Position numbers and translations under genes: made by a program. Below, piece after piece: positions 34,866 to 43,518 of a stretch of DNA of 64,000 nt. The stretch comes from a virus. Numbering within the stretch: the first letter of the stretch is position 1; each line of letters opens with the position of its first letter. The notes under the pieces were generated by a model. The model ran no database searches. It saw nothing but the letters and a program-made list of their open reading frames with translations, and had not been told where the DNA came from. Where the stretch lies: positions 32,001 through 96,000 of IMG/VR virus record IMGVR_UViG_3300036985_003303; one strand, written 5' to 3'.

Positions 34866-37800
34866 ATGGCAAAGCAAAGAAGTGCAGGTAGTTCTACATT
34901 TAAGAGTCAAGGAACATTTGATAAATCGCTTGTAACTGATACAAGTGATTTTCATTTACCGGAAAACTCATGGACTTATGCAAGAAACGCAATTAATAAT
35001 ACAAGAAAAGGCGACTTAGGTAAATTGAGTACTGAGCCAGCTAATAACTTCTGTACCTTTGCTCCATACACAATTATTGGAGCTTTGCACATTGAAGAAG
35101 ATAGATGGTTAATGTATTCCACAAACAACACTGATTCTGAAATAGGAATTTTTAAAGAAGGTAATTGTTCTTATAGCACATTAGTAAATGATAAGTGTTT
35201 AAATTTTAACACAGATAACCTAATTAAAGGTATTACTAGAGCAACATTTGATTGTTCATTTAATGCTTACTGGGATGATGGGCGCAATGTATCAAGAGTA
35301 TTGGATATTGGAGATGTTCCTTGGATACAAGTTTGTACAACAGTAAATGGATGTACAACATGTGTTGATACCACCGATTTAGATTGTGATAAAATAAGAC
35401 TAGAATCTTTCATAGAAACGCCTTGTATAAACATAGTGAGGGGAAAAGGTGTTGCAAGTATTTTAAATGGCTCATATCAAGCGCAAGTAGCTTATTTAGT
35501 AGATGACCAAAGAGTAACTGATTACTTTATTTCATCAAATGCTTTATCTCTTTTTGATCATACAAATGTTAATAGCTCAATAGACATCTATGTATCTAAT
35601 CTAGACACAGCCTTTGACAGTTATGAGTTAGTTTTAATTTCAACCATAAATGAAAAAACAGTAGCTAGAAAGATTGGTATCTATAGCACTAGACAAAATG
35701 TTGTTTCTATAGATTACATTGATATTACACTACCTGTAGTACCATTAGCTGATCTAACAATAATAACACCAATTCCAGATAAGTCTGAGGCAATATTTAG
35801 TGTTGGTCAATATGCATTAAGAGTTGGCCCAACAACAAAGTTTGATTTTAACTATCAACCATTAGCAAATCAAATTGGTACATTTTGGCAATGTGTAGAA
35901 TACAAAAATGAATACTACAAAAATGGTGGAACCAATATAGGTTATATGCGCGATGAAGTATATGGCTTTTTTATACGCTGGGTTTACAATACAGGAGATA
36001 AATCAAACAGTTATCATATTCCTGGTCGCGGAGCTGGTCAATTCTATTTGACAAATGATGCAGGTGGAAATGCAGGAGCTATATCAGAAATTGATCCTTG
36101 TCCAACTACAATAAATGATATTGAAACTCCTGATTACACACCCAGAGTGTTTGAAGTTTATAATACTGCAAGTTTAATATCAACTCCAAATACAACTTTA
36201 CCTGATGGTGGACTTTTAGTTGCTGAAGGACAAATGGGTTATTGGGAATCAATTGAATTGTATGATGACAAACATCCAGAAATTTGGAACTCTTTTGTAC
36301 CAGGAAGACCTGATTGGAATTTATGTGGCCAACCAATACGTCACCATAAGTTTCCAGAAAATGTAATTACATCTGGTGGAGCAACTAACACACTTACTAA
36401 TCATTACAAAGATGGCGGAGATAAAATTAGAATTATGGGTGTTAGATTTGATAACATTCAACCACCAAAAGATAACAATGGAAATTTAATAACAAATATT
36501 GTTGGGTATGAAATATTAAGAGGAAATAGAACTGGTGCAAAAACAGTTTTATATAAAGGGCTTATCAATAATATGTTTGAATATGATGCTCCTAATTTGG
36601 TAACAAATAGAAAAGCACTGTATGCAAATTACCCATTTAATGATTTAAGACCGGATCCATTTATTTCTTCAAATACATTGCCAACTAGTTATGAACCACT
36701 TCAAGGTGGATTAATAAACTATACTCCTAATGCGGATTACAGTAAAAAACATTTTACTTTCCATTCACCAGATACAATGTTTGCAAGACCATTTTTGGTT
36801 GATGATGAAGTAAAAATATATGGTGCTTCTTGGGGGGATAGTCAAGGTTCTTATGTAGAACCTAAAAACCATCCGCGTCACAAATTCATTACTGATATAT
36901 CTTTTATTACTGGAATTGTAGTTGGATTTGGATATGCTATTAGTAAAATGCTTGGTTCTAGAGATGTTAAGTATAGAGGTTATCAAATTGACAGTGATTC
37001 AATTTTTGCAGGTTCGTCAACATCTACAGGAAATATTATTCCTGCGGGTGCAGCGGTAATTGGAGCACAGGCAAATGCGATTAATGTCATGGGTATATAT
37101 GGGATGTTGGATGCAATGACTGGACAAAACTCAGGTATTGCGTCAGCAACTGGACTTTCCCAAGGTACGCTGGTGTCAACATCAAAAGTAGCTGCGCAAG
37201 TACCAAGTTCAGGGGTTACTTCAGGTTATATAGAAGTAAATTATAAAGATCAAGATGCCTCACCTGGTATATTAAGAGCAGCGTTGGCATTAATGGGTAA
37301 TCCAATGTTTTTAAGTTATATGGCTGCTGGTGCAGATACAACATACAAACTAATTGAATCATTAGGAGCTTGGCAGCAGTTTGCTTTACAATATCAATCA
37401 GTATGTAAATATGAAAATTTTGCTGCACCTTATGCAAATAACAGAAGACGCAGAGTAAATGATGCTAGATATTTAAATCCAGGAGTTCAAGACTACCAAA
37501 CTAATTATATTGTAAATCATATTTACAGAAATGAAACAGTAATGTTTGATACACCTGTTGATATTGAAGATATTACAGGTCCAATAGTTGATGTATCAAG
37601 ACCACCGCTAGTATCAACAATGCCAGCTGGTCGCCACCTTGATAATTTTTCAAGAAGGGCATCTTCACATTATGTAGCTTTAAAAACAAGGCTGCGTAAT
37701 CAATACGGACAGTTACAATCTATAAGACAACTTATGGTTTCTTCATGTGTAACACCTATAGCATCAACCAATTCACCAACTTTATTTGGAGGAGATACCT

Positions 37801-39773
37801 ATATTGGAAAATATTCTGAAAAAAATACTTTGTTTTATTTTCAACAATGGTTAGATGGTCAACCTGATGGAGCCATTTTAAATTACAATAAACAGAAAAT
37901 GTTTGAATGGACTGCATTTTGGATGGATACAGATCCATTTGATTTAATGGAGTTTGTTCAAAGTGTTCCTCAAGCACTTCAAGACGCAATTCAAGCTTCA
38001 GCAATTTCAACATTCTTTTCATCATTAGTCACTCCAAGTGATAAACATTGTTTTGATAGATTACCTGGAGCCAATGGAGTGTTCTTATTAAAGAGAGCAT
38101 TTATGTACTTATTTAATTCAGGAGTTCGTGATTTCTTTGTAGAGTCTGAATTTAATGTAGACATGCGTGATTGGCAGGATACAGATGCTAAAAAACATTA
38201 TCCTGTGCTTTCTGATTTGAGAACTATGTTTAATTTAAATTTGATTAAAGCTGATAACTATTATCAAATTGATAGAAGTTTGTCATGGTCATTTATGGCA
38301 AGTCAAAAGATTCCATGGGGAGTAATGCAAGGAAGAGATTATAATCCATTATTATCTGAAACTTGTTATACAAAGTATCCTAGAAGATTGTTATATTCAT
38401 TGCCACAAACGGCTGCTGCAAATAATATTTCTCTTGCTAAAAAAGATCAGTGGCGTGTATTTTTACCAAACAATTATGCTGATTATGAAAGTAATGTAAC
38501 TTCAGTGAAGTCAATTAATAGAACAGCTGCTTTAATATTGTTTGAGAATCAAGCACCAGGTATGTTACCAGGAGTTGATGAATTACAAACTACAAAGGCT
38601 GCTGATATTACAATTGGAGATGGTAGATTATTTGCAAGACAATTGCAACAACTTTCCAATTCTGAAAATTCTTATGAGTACGCATCTTGTCAAAGTAGAT
38701 TGTCTGTACTCAATACGCCAGCTGGTGTGTTTTGGATGAACCTGAACCAAGGTAAAATCTTTTGCTATGCGGGTGGATTAAAAGAGATTTCACTTAAAGG
38801 AAATAGATTCTGGTTGAACATCTACCTGCCATATAAACTTTTAGAAGACTTCCCAACATATTCTGTTACAGATAATCCAGTTGCTGGAATTGGATGTCAG
38901 ACTATTTATGACAATGAGTATAGTTTGGTTTACTTCTGTAAGAAAGATTACAGACTAAAGAAAAACCTACCAGTAACAGTAGAATACATGGGAGGTTCTA
39001 AATTCTTAATCAATGGAGTCTTTATTGCTAAAACTGGAGATCCTCTTTACTTTGATGATTGTTCATGGACATTAAGTTATGATCCAAAAATTGAAGAGTT
39101 TGTTTCATTCCATGACTGGCATCCGGACTTATCTTTAGGAGCAAAGAATACGTTCCTTACAACTAATGATAATGGTATTTGGAAACACAATAATATTTGT
39201 AGTAAATATTGTAACTACTATGGTGTTGACTATCCGTTTGAGGTTGAGTTTCAGTTAGACAATAAGTTTGCTGTAGCAACTATGCGTAATGTTGAATACT
39301 ACATTGAGAGTTATGTGTATGATGAGCGTAACTGTTATGATAGATTCCATGTATTAGATCATGGATTTGATGAAGCAATAGTTTATAATTCAGAACAAGT
39401 ATCTGGATTACTTAAACTGCATCTTAATCCAAAAAATGACTTACCCTTATTGTTGACATTCCCAAATATTCAAACCAATTACATAAACATCTTGTTCTCT
39501 AAAGAAGAACAACAGTACAGATTTAATCAATTCTGGGATGTTACAAATGACAGAGGTGAATATAGTGGAGCTGAAGAAAGAATTTGGATCACAGAAGATA
39601 ATGGGTATATTCGCACATTAAATCCCGCAAACTTAAACTATGACAAGCAAGAGTTTCAAAGAAAAAAATTCAGACACTTCAACAATAGAGTAAGTTTAAG
39701 AAGAACTGTAAACAATAATGTAGAAATCTTAGTGAGTTTAGCTGCAAGTAATCAGCAATTATCTCACAGATAA
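34866..39773 (+). CDS. Tail muzzle / stabilisation protein (P22 gp10-like, crAss muzzle)
   Basis: 1635 aa after the ring genes; W..ARNA.N, LFGGDTYI, WTLSYDP...SFHDWHPD, KEEQQYRFNQFWD motifs. Confidence 0.75.
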   Translation: MAKQRSAGSSTFKSQGTFDKSLVTDTSDFHLPENSWTYARNAINNTRKGDLGKLSTEPANNFCTFAPYTIIGALHIEEDRWLMYSTNNTDSEIGIFKEGNCSYSTLVNDKCLNFNTDNLIKGITRATFDCSFNAYWDDGRNVSRVLDIGDVPWIQVCTTVNGCTTCVDTTDLDCDKIRLESFIETPCINIVRGKGVASILNGSYQAQVAYLVDDQRVTDYFISSNALSLFDHTNVNSSIDIYVSNLDTAFDSYELVLISTINEKTVARKIGIYSTRQNVVSIDYIDITLPVVPLADLTIITPIPDKSEAIFSVGQYALRVGPTTKFDFNYQPLANQIGTFWQCVEYKNEYYKNGGTNIGYMRDEVYGFFIRWVYNTGDKSNSYHIPGRGAGQFYLTNDAGGNAGAISEIDPCPTTINDIETPDYTPRVFEVYNTASLISTPNTTLPDGGLLVAEGQMGYWESIELYDDKHPEIWNSFVPGRPDWNLCGQPIRHHKFPENVITSGGATNTLTNHYKDGGDKIRIMGVRFDNIQPPKDNNGNLITNIVGYEILRGNRTGAKTVLYKGLINNMFEYDAPNLVTNRKALYANYPFNDLRPDPFISSNTLPTSYEPLQGGLINYTPNADYSKKHFTFHSPDTMFARPFLVDDEVKIYGASWGDSQGSYVEPKNHPRHKFITDISFITGIVVGFGYAISKMLGSRDVKYRGYQIDSDSIFAGSSTSTGNIIPAGAAVIGAQANAINVMGIYGMLDAMTGQNSGIASATGLSQGTLVSTSKVAAQVPSSGVTSGYIEVNYKDQDASPGILRAALALMGNPMFLSYMAAGADTTYKLIESLGAWQQFALQYQSVCKYENFAAPYANNRRRRVNDARYLNPGVQDYQTNYIVNHIYRNETVMFDTPVDIEDITGPIVDVSRPPLVSTMPAGRHLDNFSRRASSHYVALKTRLRNQYGQLQSIRQLMVSSCVTPIASTNSPTLFGGDTYIGKYSEKNTLFYFQQWLDGQPDGAILNYNKQKMFEWTAFWMDTDPFDLMEFVQSVPQALQDAIQASAISTFFSSLVTPSDKHCFDRLPGANGVFLLKRAFMYLFNSGVRDFFVESEFNVDMRDWQDTDAKKHYPVLSDLRTMFNLNLIKADNYYQIDRSLSWSFMASQKIPWGVMQGRDYNPLLSETCYTKYPRRLLYSLPQTAAANNISLAKKDQWRVFLPNNYADYESNVTSVKSINRTAALILFENQAPGMLPGVDELQTTKAADITIGDGRLFARQLQQLSNSENSYEYASCQSRLSVLNTPAGVFWMNLNQGKIFCYAGGLKEISLKGNRFWLNIYLPYKLLEDFPTYSVTDNPVAGIGCQTIYDNEYSLVYFCKKDYRLKKNLPVTVEYMGGSKFLINGVFIAKTGDPLYFDDCSWTLSYDPKIEEFVSFHDWHPDLSLGAKNTFLTTNDNGIWKHNNICSKYCNYYGVDYPFEVEFQLDNKFAVATMRNVEYYIESYVYDERNCYDRFHVLDHGFDEAIVYNSEQVSGLLKLHLNPKNDLPLLLTFPNIQTNYINILFSKEEQQYRFNQFWDVTNDRGEYSGAEERIWITEDNGYIRTLNPANLNYDKQEFQRKKFRHFNNRVSLRRTVNNNVEILVSLAASNQQLSHR

Positions 39774-39804
39774 ACATTTTATAGTTAAGATAAATAAAAA
39801 TTTT

Positions 39805-39815
39805 TTTGTATATTA
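39805..39815 (+). promoter_or_regulatory. TTTG-TATATTA motif
   Basis: Same motif upstream of the cargo gene block. Confidence 0.45.
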
Positions 39816-39835
39816 GAACATAAGCAAGATTGAAA

Positions 39836-42800
39836 ATGGAAAATCCACAAGCACAAATGCCACAAGGCCAACCAGGTCAGGCTCCAGAACAAATGCAACA
39901 AGGCGCACCTCAAGGTCAACCACAACAAGGTGGTCAAGATCCACAGATGCAACAAATTATGCAACTTGTACAACAGATGATGCAACAAGGCGCACAACCT
40001 GCGGATGCTGCAGCTGAGTTATTAGCTAAACAAGTTCCGCCTGAAATGATTATGCAAGTTTTTGTTCAAATGGGAATGCCAGAACAAGATGCTCAAGCAG
40101 CTATTGAACAAGCTATGCAAGGTGGTCAACAACCACAAAATCCAGGTGAAGAACAAATGGAAGGTCAAGCTAGTAATCCTCAAGAGGAAATGGCTGAACA
40201 AAGTGCACCGGCTCCAGATCAAGGCGGACAACCATCTCCTGCTGAAGAAATTCAAATGAGATATGGTGGTGGAATGCCAAGACGCTTGCGTTCATACGCT
40301 CCTGGAGGGGACACTCAAGAACTGCAAGCAGTAATGCAAAAAGTTCAAGAAATGATGTCGCAAGGTTCAGATGCAAGACAGGTTATGGAACAAATACAAG
40401 CTGCTGCACAACAAGGTCAAATTAGTCCTGAAACAGCAACATCTGTAATGGAACAACTAAGTGGTATGCAACAAGCAACAGATCCACAAGGTTCTGATGT
40501 AACAATGACAGATGGATCACAAGATCCTCAAGCACTGGATCCAAATGTGCCTGCACCAGACTCTGCAATGGGAATGGCTAAGTTTGGAGGCAATCTTAAA
40601 AAATTAATGTCACGCGCTTATGGTGGACCGGCTATTGCTCCAGGAACAGATTCTAAAACATACGCACAAGATAGAACATCAATGTTTGTTGGTGCTGTAA
40701 AAAATAGTGCTTACAAATCTACATTAGATGATGAGTTTCCAAGTCTTGTTGGAAATCAAAAGGTATACGGTGGCGATATTCCTAAAGCTTTTGATGGCTT
40801 TGATGTAACAAAATATAAAACAGCAGATGAAGCTGAACTTGCTGCATATCGTTATAAACAAGGATTAAGTCCAGAAGAACAAGCTAAGTTTGATGTAACA
40901 TCAACATTAAAAACTTGGAAAGAACCTGAGTTTAAAGCTGAGGCAGGCAAACAATATGAATTAGATGCGACAACTGGTAAATTAAAAGTAGTTGAAGCAA
41001 AAACTACAAATTACGGGCAGGCTTCTGATTGGCGACCATCAAATGAACCAGGTATTCAAATGACTTATGTTAATAGCAAAGGAGAAAAAATTGGAGCAAA
41101 TCAGTATAATCAACAATTTGGAAATCAACAACAAAACCTGTATGGATATGGTGCAGTTAACCCTGTAGGTTATCAAAATCCTATGGGTAATACTTTTTGG
41201 GATAATGTAAATGCAGGTGCGTCACCATTTGCAAGAATGATGTCAGGTATTGGTACAAACAACATGTATGATCCTCGTATTACTGGTGCAAACTTACCAG
41301 GTGGTATGAATGCTAATCAATTCCTTGGTGCTATAGGACCAAATGGTTTAGTACCTGGAATGGCTGGTAAAATTGGTGAACAAAATTGGAGAGTAGGTGA
41401 AGCTGAAAAATTTAAAGAAGGAAGCATATGGAAAGGAAATAGAAGAAAAGGTGTTCGCTACCAAATAGATTGGGGTGATGCCGCTGCTATGAATCCTGCA
41501 GCACCTGCTCAAGGTCCTCAAAACAATCCAAATGCTAACGCTAATGCAAGTACTAATCCTCAAGTTCGTTTAAATACAATGACACAAACTGGTGGTTCAG
41601 GTATGGGAGCAATGGAAAGAATGGATGATAATTTATTTGATCAATCTGCGGGTAATCCAGCTGCAACCGCAACAGGTAATCCTGCAAGTACTAATAAATC
41701 TGTTCAAACAACAACGGGTGGTTCAGGCATGGGTATGATGAATGATGAAAATTTAGGTTTTCCATCATTAAATGAATCAACTGTAAATACAGCAAATCAA
41801 AGTTTAGTTGCGCCTGGTGCTACAGATGTAGTTAATCCAGCATCTGAAGTAAATCAAATAGATCAATCTGCAGCAAATCTTAATGGTTATCCTCAAAATA
41901 ATCAAGGACAAGCTCCTGTATTTAATGGTCAGCAACCAGTGATGTCTGCAACTGCACAAGATCAGGTTCAACAAGCTCCAGGAGTTGTACAGAATAGTAA
42001 CTATGCTACATATGGTAATCCTACTAATACAGGCGTACCTGGAGAATTTACTCCAGCTGAAGATTTACTTCCAGCAGGAACTGAAAATACAACTGTAGTA
42101 CAAAAGCCTGGTGCTACTGTAGTACAGACTCCTGTAAAAAAGAAGACTGTATTTAGTAAAGTTAAACCTGTTGATAATGTAGTAAAAACTGCTACACAAA
42201 CAGAGGATGAACGTAGAAAGGCATGGAATGAAAAGACAGCGGTTTCAAATGCAGAATACGCTAAAGCTCAAGAAGCAGCTAAAGCAGAAGCAGATAAAAA
42301 ACCTATATTGCACTCTAGTGCAGATTATCAAAAAAGGTTAGATCAAATGCAAAAAGATAATAATGGTCAATGGTCTGATGAGATGCAAAAATTTGTGGAT
42401 TTAAAAGCACAGGCTGAAAAAAGAGAAAAAGGTGTTCAGCCTAAAAAGAAAGCTCCTTTGATGGGTAAAAATTTAAATGTACAAGCCTATGGTGGAGAAC
42501 CAGGCGATTGTCCAGAAGGAATGGCTTGGTCTGAAGAAGATCAAGCTTGCGTTCCTATAGCTAATACTCCAGAGTCTAAACCTTTAGATGCAAGCATAGC
42601 TGTAGGTGAGAACAATCAGTTTACTGCTAACTATTCTGGAGCTGTAGGACCAAATGGTATTGCTACTAGCAATGTAGGGTTTGGATACAATCCAAATGAA
42701 AATACAAGTTTAAAAGGTAGCTATGATGCAAATAACCAATCTGTCATGTTACAAGGTAAAAAAACATGGGATGTTGGTAATGGACAATTAGGTGTTAGTG

Positions 42801-43516
42801 GTGGTTATACAGCTCCTGTTGGAGGAATGAATAGAGGAAACTTTAACGGTAATGTGTATTATGATACTCAATTAGGTAAAGGACCTAATGCTGTACCCGT
42901 TAAACTTAATTTTGGTATTGGTCAACAAGCTTATGGTGGTAATGTAGATCCTGCGGCATTAGAAAATGCTATTGCTTTAATTAATCGTGCATTTGGAGGT
43001 AGAATACCAAGAGCCGTTGATGGTATTAATTTAGGTTCTGAAGATGTAGATGGAAATAAAATTCCTGATTACTTACAAGCTGAAAATTTACCAGCAGATC
43101 CATTTTCAAATAATGGAACAATTGAACAATCTGCAGGTAAAAAGTTAGACATCAATTGGAATCAAGTTGGTGCGGCTGCCGGTGACATGTACATGAACGG
43201 TGCTGGTAAAGTAACTAACTTTATGAACAAGATGCATGCTATAAATCCTGAAAGAGATAAGGCTAAGTTGTCTGCATTAAATCGTCCAAGCAATACTTAT
43301 GATACAATGAAGCAAGGGTTATATGGTCAACAAGGTGACTTTATTCCAAATGATATAGGTAATCAGGTATTGAATCCAACAGATACATATTACAATAACC
43401 AACAACAAATTTTCTCTTATGGTGGTAAAGTATATGCAATAGGTGGTGATGTTGATTTATCTGAGGATGAATATAATGAATTATTAACTGCTGGATTTAA
43501 ACTTTCAAGAGTATAA
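39836..43516 (+). CDS. Internal (cargo) virion protein, Q/M/G-rich, with repeated [YF]GG motifs
   Basis: ATG 39836 preferred to TTG 39830; follows the muzzle gene as cargo genes do in crAss-like phages. Confidence 0.65.
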   Translation: MENPQAQMPQGQPGQAPEQMQQGAPQGQPQQGGQDPQMQQIMQLVQQMMQQGAQPADAAAELLAKQVPPEMIMQVFVQMGMPEQDAQAAIEQAMQGGQQPQNPGEEQMEGQASNPQEEMAEQSAPAPDQGGQPSPAEEIQMRYGGGMPRRLRSYAPGGDTQELQAVMQKVQEMMSQGSDARQVMEQIQAAAQQGQISPETATSVMEQLSGMQQATDPQGSDVTMTDGSQDPQALDPNVPAPDSAMGMAKFGGNLKKLMSRAYGGPAIAPGTDSKTYAQDRTSMFVGAVKNSAYKSTLDDEFPSLVGNQKVYGGDIPKAFDGFDVTKYKTADEAELAAYRYKQGLSPEEQAKFDVTSTLKTWKEPEFKAEAGKQYELDATTGKLKVVEAKTTNYGQASDWRPSNEPGIQMTYVNSKGEKIGANQYNQQFGNQQQNLYGYGAVNPVGYQNPMGNTFWDNVNAGASPFARMMSGIGTNNMYDPRITGANLPGGMNANQFLGAIGPNGLVPGMAGKIGEQNWRVGEAEKFKEGSIWKGNRRKGVRYQIDWGDAAAMNPAAPAQGPQNNPNANANASTNPQVRLNTMTQTGGSGMGAMERMDDNLFDQSAGNPAATATGNPASTNKSVQTTTGGSGMGMMNDENLGFPSLNESTVNTANQSLVAPGATDVVNPASEVNQIDQSAANLNGYPQNNQGQAPVFNGQQPVMSATAQDQVQQAPGVVQNSNYATYGNPTNTGVPGEFTPAEDLLPAGTENTTVVQKPGATVVQTPVKKKTVFSKVKPVDNVVKTATQTEDERRKAWNEKTAVSNAEYAKAQEAAKAEADKKPILHSSADYQKRLDQMQKDNNGQWSDEMQKFVDLKAQAEKREKGVQPKKKAPLMGKNLNVQAYGGEPGDCPEGMAWSEEDQACVPIANTPESKPLDASIAVGENNQFTANYSGAVGPNGIATSNVGFGYNPNENTSLKGSYDANNQSVMLQGKKTWDVGNGQLGVSGGYTAPVGGMNRGNFNGNVYYDTQLGKGPNAVPVKLNFGIGQQAYGGNVDPAALENAIALINRAFGGRIPRAVDGINLGSEDVDGNKIPDYLQAENLPADPFSNNGTIEQSAGKKLDINWNQVGAAAGDMYMNGAGKVTNFMNKMHAINPERDKAKLSALNRPSNTYDTMKQGLYGQQGDFIPNDIGNQVLNPTDTYYNNQQQIFSYGGKVYAIGGDVDLSEDEYNELLTAGFKLSRV

Positions 43517-43518
43517 TT

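Noticed and set aside
36106-38739. Alternative-frame + strand ORFs nested in the muzzle gene, and similar ones at 921, 13972, 19586, 22919, 40062 and 44345
   Set aside because: Short off-frame ORFs with the L/Q/K/I bias that arises from shifting AT-rich codons; no independent initiation context.
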